A stretch of 64,000 nt of DNA from Lama glama (taxonomy: Eukaryota), in NCBI GenBank assembly GCA_028534125.1, contig CM052818.1, positions 37,202,001-37,266,000 on the forward strand. Direction: 5' to 3'. The position numbers and the translations under genes are program-made. The number at the start of each line of letters is the position of its first letter. Position 1 is the first letter of the stretch. Below, piece after piece: positions 38,821-52,201 of this stretch. The notes beneath the pieces were generated by a model. That model was given only the letters and a program-made list of their open reading frames with translations. It had not been told where the DNA came from and searched no databases.

Positions 38821-40559
38821 AGGTTAGTGTCACTTACTCATCTGCCAGGGAGCCCAAGATCTTGATTTATTTTTATCTGATATTCCTGGAAGAATTATTT
38901 ATTCAAAGAATTTTTTTTCAGAAATTGTTTATAGAAATGACTTTATTTTGCTCTCCAGGAATCGTTAGATGACTCCCAACAGTGTGGGATCTTTTAGGTC
39001 CTTGTGAAGACTTTGGCAACTATCACCTCATCAGTGTTAAAGAAACTCAAGATTCTGCCCTTTTAATCTGATCTTTATACAGGAATCATCTACTCTTTTA
39101 GTCAATAAGTAGTTTTTTTTTTCAAATTGCTTATAGAAATGTTCTTACACTGACCTCTAAAAGATTTAGACAAATCAGCACGCAGCCATTCCATCTGGTC
39201 ACTTCTGCTTTGAAATTTGAAGGACTTAAGCAGTCATCACCGTAACAACAGGTCATTATCCAAATTCTGCTTGAATGGTCCCATTCTTCTTATTTACAGC
39301 TGAATCCATTACTGGATTATTTTAATTTTTGTCAAATTTATTTTATAATCCATCAGCTATTTGAAAAGAAGCCCGTGATTCCCCTCGAGCCATATCTTCT
39401 CTGGCCCTTGCATTCTGGCCCTTCCTCTGTCTCTCATAGTCCTCCCAGACCTGGTGCTTCAGACTCCTTTCCATTTAGTTCACCCTCTTTTGGACAAGGG
39501 CATGGTCATTCTTAACATTTCTATGTAAGAAAAACTCCTGGTCTTGACTTTGAATGTTTACTTCCTTTCTCTCAAGTAAATTTCCAGCAGTGATTATGGA
39601 CAGAGACGTGATGAAAGCAAATCAATTCGATGCCAGCGTCGACGGCCATGCTAAGTACTTGGGCACGTTATGGAAAGAGTTACCTTCCCTCACTCACAGG
39701 AAAGCTCTTTAATAGATCCCCCTTCAGCCCTAGTGAAACTGATTACTTACTTCAGCTCAGTTCATTGTGTGCAGTTTCTCAACCTGCTCAAGATCCTAGA
39801 AACCAAGCTCAGCCATGAGTCAACATTTTTCTGTTTGGTTCCATCTGTGTTTGCAGCTAGTGTGACCCATGGTGCCAAAGCTAGTGCCTGGTGGGTTACG
39901 AAAGCAAAGAGGCTACAAAAGCAAATAGCCATTCCCTCTGGATTCACTTCGTATTTGTGATATGAAAGCAGTTCAGATGAACCCGATGAGGTATAACTTT
40001 TCCTGTTCTCTGTTTGCCCTGGTGATGAATATCACTTTCCCTGAGTGTCATGTGAATTTGTTCTGTTTTGGAAAGACCCCTGATTTATTGAAAAAGTTAA
40101 GTTGGCAGAAGCTCTCAGGTTCACAAAGCATCTGTCTGCTCATGCAAACCGCTACCCAACAAAGTTTCATTTTATGCCTGAGAAGGTCTTCTAGTATTAC
40201 AGGGAGGTCTTTCTTCCCTGGAATATCTTTTTAAACCTTTTTAAAATCCCATCTTTCATTCAAGGTTCAGCTAAAAATTATTTCAATATGCAGTTTTTCT
40301 TAGCCTGCAGGCAAAGTAGTATTTTCTTTCTTGAGGTGCCAAGATCTGTCCCGAGCACCTCCCCTGCGGCATCTATCCTACTTTCCTGGTGTCATAGTTA
40401 TGTGCATTTATATATAGTCAGGTTTCCATTCCCGCTTCCTACTCCATACTGAAGCTTTTGTTACACGTTTCTCTTTTTCTTATTTTCTTGACCGTCGGAA
40501 ATCTTAACACTCTTCCTCTGGTAGAATATGTCATCATGTCCGTTACAACGAGGGGCCCT

Positions 40560-40970
40560 GCTGCTGACTACAGAAACCAAAAAGTCTGGAAAACCGTCCT
40601 CTCTGGCTCCCAGCACTGGGGCATGGGCACACGATGTAAATTAGCTGATCGCATGATCCTACGTAGAACTTTCATTTGGAACACTGGTGTTTCTCACCAG
40701 GGGCTGTTGAGAATTCGTTCCAGCCGTGGGGATGACAGGAGCCGTCGTCTGGTGGGGTCGTTGCTCTGGTTCAGCAGTGGCCTCCAGTGTCCAAGGGCGA
40801 TGTCAGCAGTGTCCCATCCAGATCACTCCTGTACTGTGATCTTGCCTCTGGGTCTGGTTCCTGCCCATTTTCTGAGGCTGATTCTTCACTTACATGTTGA
40901 GGTTACAAACTACCTAGTACTCTTCTAAGAAGTCATCATTTCCGTTGTTGCTAAGCAAAAATCCTGACTG
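40560..40970 (+). mobile_element. Old ERVL-class LTR fragment (LTR40/41-like)
   Basis: gggcatgggcacacga..cagatcactcctgtactgtgatcttg..cctgcccattttctgaggctg..gttgttgctaagcaaaaatcctgactg. Confidence 0.45.
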
Positions 40971-43900
40971 GTGGAGGAAGAATCTTTGTTTTATTTAGGA
41001 TTGATTACCATGTGCCTAATAAATGTTTATGGAATGATTGAGATCATACTGGATATGATGTCTGTGGAAGCCAATGGGGAGTTGACGGCCAAATTATTTC
41101 ATTAGCTAAACTCATGTTAAATTTTAGAGTTTGAGATACTGGGCTGAGCTCTAGGATAGTCTTTCTCCCTCCACCCTCCTTTTCACCTCTAAATATAAGA
41201 TCTTAGCATAGATAAGTGCATATGGGGTTGCAGTATGGATTGTCAGCTGCCTGTGGGTTAGCTTGTTACCTTTTTATAGTTTGTAGGGTCGCTGTGTTCA
41301 GTTTTGCTGAAAATCTCAAGCCCGAGAAGCTTCCCTGACATTTGGAGTCATTAAAGGGTTTAAAACAAAGGAGGGGCATAACTGAGTGGATCACTCACTC
41401 CTCCTGCTGTGTGGCCTGCTGTTTGCTATTGCAAATACCAGGTACCCAGGCATAGAGGAAGGAGCGACACAAGGTGGCATCTCCTGTTTTAGTTTTGCTA
41501 AGTCCTGATCTTGCCAAGGAATTTTGCAGAGAGGAGAGCTTTCCCAACTCTGAAAACGGACGTGCAGGGGCATGGAAGCTCTGTCTTTCCTATAACCAGA
41601 CCGTCGGTGTACAGATAACGCTTTGAATCTGGAAAATGGCCTGAAGTTTCTCGGTATTTCCATGGACAGTGCTGTGCGTGCGTATGTGCGGGGGTGAGGC
41701 TGAGACCGTTACCCCTCCAGGGACACGCACCCCCTGACAGCGAGCGATGAGTGTGCTCGTGAGCCCAGGATGGCTGCAGGACCGCCTGCAGGCTTGGCTT
41801 CTGCTCAGCTGCTGCCACATGACCAAGACCATGCTGCTGGCCTCCCCGAGCACCTTAGGGGAGCCCACTCCAGGCTTGTGCCACTTCACTGACTCCAGTA
41901 AGCTGCACGTTTCCACCACAGCAAGTGAGATAAGTGTGTTTATCAACCACCAGTCATGGAATGAGAGTCTTCTTGTGGGAATGTATCAGTCACTTCTCAG
42001 GACAGACCTTTCATGGTAGTTTCTCTTGTAAATGATGTTTTGCTCTTCCTGATTGCAGAGCAAAGTGAGAGCTTCGTAATTAAGCGTGTGGTAAACAATG
42101 AGGCGGTGGCCCTTGGGTTCCAGTCCTCTGAAAACAGCATTTTGCTATAAGGTGTGGGGATAGCGGCTTGGGGAAAGATGAGATAGATTGGGAATTCCTT
42201 CCAACTTCCTGGTTACAGGTAGCCCAGAGGATATCAGATGACTTCTTGACGACCCCTGACCTCGGACACTTCTGACTTCCTGCCCAGGAACCTGCCATAT
42301 TTTACTTCAGGCCAAACCATTTACATGGAAAACCCAACTGAACGTCTTGTGTTCACACCCCTCAGTGTGCAGTGGCGGCTGAGCACAAGAACTTGCGTTT
42401 CGGAAATTGAAACAAAGAGGCATTTGTTCTCTTTCCTGAGTGGCTGTGAAACATTTCCAAGAACATTTTGAGGCAGAATTATGTTGATTTGACTTGAGAC
42501 AAAATCAATGGGCTGTTTTTCTGAGAAAGATGAGAGGCCGTCGCGTCTTGACACACCCCCTCCATCTCCTTTGGAAACAGACAGCCTGTGAGAACACCAT
42601 CCCTCGTAATTATTAGCCATACTTCGGGGGATGCTCCTATTAAATAGATTGTTTTGAGGTCAACATGAAACGCCAGCTGGAATGTAACAACAAAAAAAAT
42701 GGTATCAAAATAGAGCAGCCCTCTTTGTGATCATTAAGACGATGTTAAAAAGGCAGAAATCTATACTATTGACCCGACTTTGATATTTTCTGCTTTAGTT
42801 TAGTGTCGCCACCACAAATCTCAGTTCCTAAACTCAGTACATGTTGTGGAGGCTCCCTACACTGTGTGATGAATAATCTTCCCTGAATCAAGGCATCGCA
42901 AACAGCAAATTCCTTTCTGGCACCTGAGAAATACAGCCACCGGATCCAACTAGGCTCGTCGGCAGCTGGGACCGTGATTTCTTCCGCGGGAGCCCCTTCT
43001 GACCAATTGTTGGATCTGGATCTCTTATGACTTATGTTATGCTGAATGACAAATAAACATCGCTGACAGTATTACGAGGCTTTGTTCCTCCTGGCTTCGG
43101 CTAGGTGTCATCAAGAAGCCTTCTTGTGACCAAGGGGATTGCGGAGGGGTTGCCAAGACCATAAGCAACTCTGTGTGGCTCATCTGTCACCACTCACATC
43201 CTCGCCACAAATGTTTTCATCTGGAAGTTAACACTTCCAACTTGTAACAACAGCAACGACAAGAAAAAAACTGCAGTGACTACAATTTTTTGAGTATAAT
43301 TGTAATTCCCTGATTGTGTGAGAGCTTCCTTTTTGAAAGTTGGGTTAGATGATTATATTAGCAATATTCTAAAGCTTTGTTTTGCCTATCTTTTGAAGGG
43401 TTGGACATCGTCAGTGAAAGAGCCTGGTTTTAACCAGGAAAACCAGAATTTGGAAGGCGGACCCTGGGTGGATTGGGGTGGAGGATGTGGAAACTCCCCC
43501 ACCACTTTGTTCTGTCAGATTCAGACTTTGAAAAATGGAAGAGAGCTCTCAGATTGTGGTTGTCTGCTCATAAATAGGATGGCGCCCAGGTTCTAAGTGT
43601 CTCAGAAGGAAAACGCATCTGGTAAGTGGATTTTCAGGATATGTGCTTTGTGGAGTTTTGCTTGTTTTCTTCTCTCTCACTCTCATAATTTGAGATTCTT
43701 GGCAAAGAAATATACTGTTAATTTTGTTAACTGTCCTCAAATCTAATAAAAAATTATTAAAGGAAAGATTTTGGCTCTGTCGTTGGGCCCAGACTTTATA
43801 GCAGGGACCATGCCTTCCTGAAGCCAGTGTAATCTTAGCAGCAGTTTCAGGAAAGAATATTAAAAGCCTGGTGATTCAGGGAGCCAGGAATGAGCCTGCT

Positions 43901-44004
43901 GTTCCATATACTTCTTTGGGAATTGCTTCAGGAAACCGTCCTTAGGAGATTGTCTCTTGGAAAGTCCCGATGTTCATTTTATTAGTGACAGAAAATAAAG
44001 GAAA

Positions 44005-44125
44005 AAGAAATATTCCCGTGTTACAGATGAGGAAACTGAAGCTTAGAGAGGGGTAGTGACACACCAGTAATGAGGCAACTGAGCAAAAGCAAGAATGGAA
44101 CTGGGACCCATGATAGTCTAAGGAC
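44005..44125 (-). mobile_element. MIR SINE
   Basis: ttacagatgaggaaactgaagcttagagaggg. Confidence 0.8.
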
Positions 44126-45299
44126 AAGGCCCATACTATGTGCATGGTAATGAACTTTCATGGCTCAGAGGAGAGGCTCTGACCTGGCTTTGCCCTGAAG
44201 AGAAACCCATTCTTCATCCTCACCTCTTTATCCAACAGCCTCATATCACACACACCTGTAAACTACATGGAGTAGGTTACCGTATATGGTCACCATGGCC
44301 AAAGCAATGCCTAGGAGGCTGTCAAACAGGCAGCCTTTTCTATGTGACTTTAGACAAACGTGTGTCCTAAGTCCTGAAGCTCTGCCTCTGTAACTGGGTT
44401 TCTTGGCAAGCTAGGGAAGTCATGTTTTCAGTAACAGTTGGCTAGTACTCAAAGAATGTTTATTAAGTTGAATAGAAGGCTCCAAGTTTGGAGCTAACAT
44501 TCTGCTTTTGCCTTTCTAAGCATTTGAATATCCATTGTCTTATGGGAACTTCATTAAACACCCACTCTGCAGAGATGACCTAGTTTCAAGAAGGCTTGAA
44601 ACTATCCCAAGTTCGTAGCACTTATCAGTGTTAAGTTGGGGGCTGGAAATCAAATCTTGGGAGTCTGTGATGCAGTGTGCTTATCCTTATTTCTTCCTGC
44701 ACACTTCCAATCAGCCTTTGAATGTCTCAAATCGAGAAGAAACATCCGATATTTCTTGAAGTGCTGGGTTCTCCTTAAAAAAGAGAAACTGGTGGCAATG
44801 AAAATAATGACGGTGATGTCAGATGGTTCTGTGCTGAACAATTAAGGCATGTCTTTGCATTCTCACCAGAACTCTCCTGATGCTTGATTTCCTCTTGCTA
44901 CCTGAGATGAGGGACTCCTTTCTCCATCTTAGATTCCTATAGTCATTGGCTGGGGGCATATACTTTCCATAGGATTTTATTGGAAGACCCTAAAGAAGAC
45001 TGGTTTCCAACAGATAGTGCCATTTTTAAGACTAGAGACTTTGATGCCTTGGGGAAGGGTATGTTATATTGCCTTTTGGAGGAGGGTTTGTAATTTTAGA
45101 TCTATTAAAAAATCGGCTGTTGGTAATGCAGGAAAGCTGTGGTCAGAGTTGATTATGTGCATGGGAGTTATTGCCTGAAAGACATCAAGAGGTAGACTTT
45201 TGGGTCCTGAGCAAACTGAACTGAACAGAGAGAGGTCTTGGACTGGGGACTCCAGATGCCACAAGGTTTGACATCAGTAAAACTTCCCCAGATCCTTTT

Positions 45300-45460
45300 T
45301 ACTCACAGCATGGTTGATTCTTAGACCAGCAAGGTTGGTGTCACCCACGAATTTGTGGAAACAGTAGACTCTCATGCCCCTCTCAGGACTGCTGAATCAG
45401 AGCCTGCATTTTAGAGATCCCTGAATGATTAACATGCACATAACAGTGGGAGAAACACTT
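45300..45460. mobile_element. MER5A-like hAT MITE
   Basis: ctcaggactgctgaatcagagcctgcattttagagatccctgaatgatt..gcacataacagtgggagaaacact. Confidence 0.75.
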
Positions 45461-45462
45461 CC

Positions 45463-46235
45463 TGTGATATTGTGATTTATGATAAGAAATACACATTTTG
45501 TCTTCATCTCTGTTTCTGCCATGGAGCTCCTAAAACCCTGGGACTTTCCTGTGAGGAGAGTGATAAACATGCCTTTTGTTATATTAGTGAGGTGACCTTT
45601 GGAAAGCACCTAAGGGTGGGGGCTGATTACAAGGGGAGCCAACCATGTGGTTAGAGGGTTGGAACTTTTAGTCCCCAACCCTGACCTCCCGGGAGGGGAG
45701 AGGGGCTGAGATGGACTCAGTCACCCTGGCCTGTGATTTCATCAATCATGCCTCTGTACTGCAGCCTCCATAAAAAACCCAAACAGAAGGTGTTCGGAGA
45801 GCTTCTGGACTGGTGAACACTGGAAGGGGCTGGGAGAGTGACGCAGAGAGGGCGTGGATGCTCTCCATCCCTTCCCGCATGCCTCTTCCATCTGGATGTT
45901 CACCCGCATCCTTCACCATTTTATTTTATAATAAAACTGTGAACATACGTAAACTGTGTTCCTGATGTCTGTGATTCACTGTAAGCAAGTTACCTGAGCC
46001 TGAGGAGGGGGTCATGAGACCTCTGATTTATAGCCCATCAGTCAGAATCGCAGTAGCGACCTGGCGTTGTCATTGGCATCTGGGTGGGGGGTGGGCAATC
46101 TGGTGGGACTGAGCCCTTATCCTGTGGAATCTGACGCTACCTCTAGGTCGATTGTGTCAAAATTGTGTTGAATTGTAAGATACCCAGCTGGTGTCAGAAC
46201 TGGCGGTGTGGGGAAGACCTTCCATACGTTGTAGT
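45463..46235 (+). mobile_element. MER21-like ERV solo LTR
   Basis: Starts tgtgatattgtgattta; contains gagctcctaaaaccctggg, ccaaccatgtggttagagggttggaactttt, gaggggagaggggctg, atcaatcatgcct, ttcggagagcttctgg, tgggactgagccct and acccagctggtgtc. Confidence 0.85.
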
Positions 46236-46280
46236 CAGGTCCTAGAGTCACTCACTTCTCAAGATGGTCTTAGGGGACAC

Positions 46281-46420
46281 TGTATTAGTCAGGGTTCTCC
46301 AGAGAAACGGAACCAACAGGAACTGACATATGTATACAGACACAACCAGAAATAATGTTCAGCCAGATATCTGGGCACCCTCTGATCCAGTCAGGTTGAC
46401 ACATCAAATTAGCCATCAAA
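46281..46420 (-). mobile_element. MLT2 LTR with both termini and a large internal deletion
   Basis: tgtattagtcagggttctccagagaaac is joined via tatacagacaca to aataatgttcagccagatatctgggcaccc..gttgacacatcaaattagccatca. Flanks gacac / gatac. Confidence 0.85.
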
Positions 46421-46599
46421 AGATACTAAGGCACCTAACTGTGCCTGCTTTGGACTGAGAATTACACTGTTGCTCTTACAGGACAAGCAGGGTAAGCTCT
46501 CAACCTGCATTTCTTTAGAGCCAAGGACATTGCTAAGTGGCCATTAAGGTTGATGGGAGACCATGTTGATTAGTTAATGTGAGCTTGAAGTTATAGTTC

Positions 46600-46755
46600 C
46601 AGCTATCCATGTGGTCCACAGACAGTAGCATCAGCGTCACATGGGAGCTTGTTATACAGAAGGAATCTCAAGGCCACCTCCGTGCTCGTATTAGAACCTG
46701 CATTTTAACAAGGTCCTCGGATGATTTGTACCTACATTAAAATGTGAGAGGCACT
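46600..46755. mobile_element. MER5A hAT MITE
   Basis: gtggtccacagacagtagcatcagcgtcacatgggagcttgtta..tagaacctgcattttaacaagg..acattaaaatgtgagaggcact. Confidence 0.85.
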
Positions 46756-47635
46756 CACATTTAGTTGTTTAAATCTAGTTATTTGACCCAACTAGAAGTG
46801 CCTGCCCCTGTTCCTTAACTAAGCAAAGAAAATATATTTGGTTTCCACCACAGGCTGCTTTTGGGGTGGATTCTTCTGCGGATGTTCTTAGTTGAAGAAG
46901 ACTAACCAGATATCCTGTGAAGCTGTGGCTCTCAGCCTTGGCTGCAGTTTGGCATCACCTGGAGAAACGTAAAAGAAGCCCCATGCCTGGGACCTACTCC
47001 TGATAATCTGGTTGTGCTGGTCTCGGGTCTGGTCTGGTCTGGGAGGAGTTTCCGGCCTCAGAAGAGGAGTACGTTATGCAGGCGTGCTTGGAAACCACCG
47101 CTGTACACGGAGCGTTGGCTGCCCTTCTTCAGTCTAGCTGCAGTCCTGAGGTCACAGGTGGGCCTTTTGACTGCTCATTGGTGTTTCTCTTAGCTCTGAA
47201 GTAGTCTGAAGGGTGTGGAGAAAACGTGGGCAGCTTGTGAAACCGTGGGAAGAAAGGCTGAGGCACGATGAAGGAGCGAGGCGTATGTGGGGAGGCACAG
47301 GGAGGTGAAGCCTGATCCCAGTGCTTCTCCATAACCAGGGCTCACGTCCCCAGTGTGGTTCTTGTTTATTCCCGGTGGCACGGAACACCAGTTCCGAAGT
47401 CAGGTAACCTTTCAGAGCTGAGAGGGACTCAGGGAAACCATTTGGTGCAGTTCCTGTTTTCATTTGATGAGCATCTAGTCCTCCCAACACTGAGTAACGG
47501 TTCTTCACAAGTCACAGAGACTTTTACCCGTAACAGCCTCATTTGTTCTCTTCCATGCCACCATTTCTTTTTCTTCCTTCTTTCCTTAACCACCCCCCTC
47601 CTCACCCTTTCCTCCCTTCCTCCCATCTCTATTTT

Positions 47636-47815
47636 CAGTTTTATTCATTTATTTTTATTGAAGTACAGTCAATTACAATGAGTCAATTTCTGGTGTACAG
47701 CACAATGTCCCAGTCATGCATATACATACATATATTTGTTTTCATATTTTTTCCATTAAAGGTTATTACAAGATATTGAACATAGTTCCCTGTGCTGTAC
47801 AAAAGAAACTTTTTC
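47636..47815 (-). mobile_element. Younger lineage-specific L1 3' tail (camelid-like)
   Basis: tttttattgaagtacagtcaattacaatgagtcaatttctggtgtacagcacaatgtcccagtcatgcatatacatac..ggttattacaagatattgaacatagttccctgtgct. Confidence 0.8.
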
Positions 47816-48159
47816 CCCTTCCTTCTCTGTTGAACGCCCAATTATTGAGCATCTTCTATATGCTTGGACATAATTTGTCATTTTCCCTTTGATTATGTAT
47901 ATACATTGCATTTTTCTGAACATCTCTGGTTTGCTCACATGCCTTTTAAGGTTTTATGTCTAAAGTGTAATCCAGAACTTTCAAGAAGGTCTGGAAAAGA
48001 GAAAGGGTGAGAGGAGTTTGACTTCTGAGCTTAAGATGTTTCTGTGTATGTTGAGGGCATCTTGGAACCCTTGTTTATTTTTCCTTGTCCCAAAGTGACC
48101 CACTATAGAGTCACTCCACCTTGCCACGATCAGTTGGAATGTTACTCCTGTCATGTGGA

Positions 48160-48256
48160 GGTGTTAGCAAATCTGCCTAACTTAGTATAGTCTGCAAATT
48201 TGATGAGCACATTGTCGATTCCTTCATCTCAACCATCAATTAAGGTATTGAATAGG
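48160..48256 (-). mobile_element. L3/CR1 reverse-transcriptase remnant
   Basis: The minus strand translates LFNTLIDG*DEGIDNVLIKFADYTKLGRFAN, matching the CR1 RT motif LFNIFINDLDEGIE..KFADDTKLGG.AN. Confidence 0.85.
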
Positions 48257-49594
48257 CAATAAAGGTATTGAGTCCTGTCATACTCTGGGACAAAGGCAGG
48301 GGTGTTTACAATAACACTGAAGACCTGAGCAGTCCTGCTGATTGAACTCACACATTCCTCTCAGAATCAGGCATCAAGCTCATGGGGACTGTACTTACCC
48401 AGAGAACTTCAGATGTCACTAAAACTAGCATCAGCCAGTCTCCTAATCTCTCTGCTCTTTCAGTATATGATGTGCTCCCAGCCACTCTCACTGTGGCCTC
48501 TGGTCCTTCATTTTCATCCTCCTCAATTCATTGGGTCTTTGTCTTCATTGGTAACTTGGGTTGTGGACCATGTTGGTGTTAAAAAATCTGCATCTTGCCC
48601 TTGATAGCTTATGATTTCTAGCTGTGACCATTTCTACTGTTACTTTTTCTCCTCCCCAATTCACACTACCCTTCATGTCACAAAATGTAGTCTTTGTAGC
48701 TCATTTGGAAAGCAGCATAGGATGCTGTTCTGACGTCTGTAGGTTTACCGAGGCATCCTTGACAACGGTCAAGAAAAGAGTGAGTTTTAATTATTTTAAA
48801 TGCTTGGACTATAATTCCTTATGCTTGTGGTGAGATAGGAGATTGAGCAAACTTGTTTTGGAGTTTCACCATAACAGTTCCCTGACTGGGGCATGGAAGG
48901 AATGCTCCGAATATTTCCGAGGCAATGATTCTTCATTCTGAAATGTCAGGTAGTCAGCAGCCGTGGCGAGGCCTCTTCTCAGTGCTTCCTCTTTGTTTGG
49001 CCTCAGATTATCCCTTGACTTAGAAGTAAAATGCCAGTACAGTTAATAATGTAACTGGCGGGAAGACGTAGAGTCATTTGTCTCCACAGAGTGAGACAGA
49101 AGCCCGTATCAACCCAAACACAGAGGACAGTCCTTCCCTGCAAAAGAACTTTTGCTCATCACTGTCCATCCAGAAAACTTTTCGTTTTTGCTTTAATTTA
49201 AACCACCCATTTGAAACACCAATCATAGCTGGAAATAAAGACAAATGAAGTGCATCCCTCTAGGCTTTGAGTTGGGCATCCCGCCTTTTCTCTGGTCCCG
49301 TAACTACACACACTCCATCTCCTATGGGGTAGGCTATAAAGCTCTTCACTGTTTTCTGTATATGAAATGCCTATTCCAGCCTCCAAGACTTGACCTTTAA
49401 TGCTAAAACCTGGAAAACAGCCTCCCATCCAGACCTCTTTAGTTACCTAAATTCTGCTCCCAGCCCCACCCTCTCCACCATTCCCTCCTCTGACCATCGC
49501 CTCTTCAGGGGGGATTCCTCACCCTCCACAGCTTTCTTCTTCCTCTCCTTTGCCAGATGCTTTGACACTTGGTGACGAGCTGGCTGTAACACTT

Positions 49595-51450
49595 GCTGTT
49601 TATTCATTCACTCACTCGTTTGCAAGGACAAGTTATCACTGAGCACCTCCTATATGTCATGGGTTGTAGTAGGACCCATGGCACTACAGTGAGCAAACAC
49701 AGGTATTCACCTACCCTCACAGAACTTACAGTCTGGTCAAAGACACTGACATCAGTAATTGCAAATCAAATAAAATTAAACATTATTTTTTCTACATTTT
49801 TTATTGCATTATAGTCATTTTATAATGTTGTGTCAAATTCCAGTGTAGAGCACAACTTTTCAGTTATACATGAACATACATATATTCATTGTCACATTTT
49901 TTTTCGCTGTGAGCTACCACAATATCTTGTATATATTTCCTTGTGCTATACAGTATAATCTTGTTTATCTAGTCTACATTTTGAAATCCCAGTCTGTCCC
50001 TTCCCACCCCCCACCCCCTTGGAAACCACAAGTTTGTATTCTATGTCTATGAGTCTGTTTCTTTTGTATTTATGTGTTTTTTTTTAAGATTCCACATATG
50101 AGTGATCTCATGTGGTATTTTTCTTTCTCTCTCTGGCTTACTTCACTTAGAATGACATTTTCCAGGAACATCCATGTTGCTGCAAATGGCGTTATGTTGT
50201 CATTTTTATGGCTGAATAGTATTTCATTGTATAAATATACTACCTCTTCTTTATCCAGTCATCTGTTGATGGACATTTAGGCTGTTTCCATGTCTTGGCT
50301 ATTGTAATTAGTGCTGCTATGAACATTGGGGTGCAGGTGTGTTTTTGAAGTAGGGTTCCTTCTGGATAGATCCCAGGAGCGGGATTCCTGGGTCATATGG
50401 TAAGTCTATTCCTAGTCTTTTGAAGAAACAGTTTTCCACAGTGGCTGCACCAAACTGCATTCCCATCAGCAGTGTAGGAGGGTTCCCTTTTCTCCATGGC
50501 CTCTCCAGCGTTTGTCATTTGTGGTCTTCTGAATGATGGCCATTTTGGCTGGTGCGAGGTAATGCTATTTTAAGTGTTTTTCCAGGGATAGATAGAGGAT
50601 ATTTTGAGATCTGACAGAATGCTGCTTCCTGACAAAGTAATTTTTGAGTTGAAGTTGATAGGATAATGAGGAATTATTTAGGAAAGGGTAGGGGAGAGGT
50701 AGAATATTCTTACCCTGGGAAACAGCGAACATGTAAGGCTCCGTGATGGAAACAGATCAGTGTGATTTGGAGAGTGGGGTGGATATGCTGAGACAAGGCT
50801 GCAGAGGGGGCAGGGCTCAGACAGGTCATGTCTTGAGACCTTGCGAAGAGTTTTGGTTTTAATTCCATGAGCAGTGGGAAACCACCGAGGACTTTGTAGC
50901 AGGACAGGGCCACAGCCTTAGTTTTGCTTTGCAAATATCACGCTGGGGTTATCTGAGCAAAGACCAGACAGGAGCAAGAATTTTGAGAAGAGTTTGGGAA
51001 GATCATTTAGGAAGAAACTGCAGGAATCCAGGGAAGAAATGTTGGCAGCTCCAGACAGGGTGAGAGCAGTGGAGATGGAGGGGGTGGGATTATATAGGAG
51101 GTAAGATAAATAAGGCTCTGTGATGGCATGGCTGTCGGGCAAGGAGAGATAGATGCTAAGGATTTCTCCAAGGTGTTTGGCATGCATGTGAATTGGAAGG
51201 AGATGCCATTCACTGAAAAGACTGAAAGAGAACTATATTGGAGCTGGGGAGATACTGGATTCGGTCTTGATACTGTTGGGTTTAGTGTATTTCTCAGTCA
51301 TGCAAGTGGAGCTCAGCATACGGTTCAGGACTTCCAGGGAAAGATCTGGGCTAGAGCTGCCTATGTGGAAAGTTTAGATGTTCAGACGGTAATGGAGGCT
51401 CTGTATGTGAGTAACAATGCTTAGGAAAGAGGGTGAAGTGGTTGCAGGTC
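49595..51450 (-). mobile_element. L2 element (49595-49790 plus 50560-51450), split by an L1 insertion
   Basis: ttcattcactcactc..cactgagcacctcctatatg..ccctcacagaacttacagtctgg, then gagttttggttttaattcc..gcagtgggaaacca..gagcagtggagatggag..gatgccattcactga. Confidence 0.85.
49790..50560 (-). mobile_element. Younger lineage-specific L1 3' end (camelid-like), 5'-truncated
   Basis: T-tail, then ccacaagtttgtattctatgtctatgagtctgtttc, gattccacatatgagtgatctc, ggcttacttcacttagaatgac, gtgctgctatgaacattggggtgcagg, ggctgcaccaaactgcattcccatcagcagtg. Confidence 0.92.
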
Positions 51451-52201
51451 TAACCAGACCTTGAAGAGTTACATTCTGTTCTCCTTTTGTGCCCTTCATT
51501 TTACTGAGCAGAACCCTGGGTTCATTCACTAAGTTTAATGAATATTTTCAAAACACTATGCTAGTCTATAGCTACTTTTATAATGTTTATTAGTTATTTT
51601 ACAATATTTTAGTTAATATTTACAAGACACTATGCACTAATCACCTATTTAATTCTTGTAGCTTTTCCTGTAATGAAGATATGATTAATCAATTTTAAAG
51701 ATAAAGAAACTGAAACTCAGAGGGATTAAGTAAATATTCAACTCAGACAACTAGAAAGTGCCAAAGCTGGATTAGAAACTAGTTGTTTTTTTTTTTTAAT
51801 ATCCATTCTGAGCTCCTGCCTATAAATGGGAGATCTCAGTAAATACCTGTGTGTTGCTTGATGCCAGATAAATTAAATGTCTGAGAATTAGTAAATACTG
51901 CTGATTTTCCATTTTTCTAATCATTAGCTGTGAAGTAAGCCTCATTCTTGGGTCTACCCAAATCAGGCACCTGTCTCTTGATTAGGAGATTGTACACAGC
52001 ATATCTGATGTGGTCTGGCCAGCATCACCCAAAAGCAGGTGGCCTGGGGTCTAAAGCTGTTCAGAAGGACAGGCAAACAACTAACCCCCTCTCCAGCCTT
52101 CATGCTGCACTCCCAAATGTGCGATGCCAAGTGTATCTGAGGTAATAAAAATTCACATAAAAAGAACATTTCTTGTAAGTTGTATGGGAGGAACACGGAG
52201 G

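Noticed and set aside
41600..41675. Exon-like segment encoding RRCTDNALNLENGLKFLGISMDSA
   Set aside because: Weak donor. The NLENGL match to a remembered protein fragment is too short and its flanks disagree.
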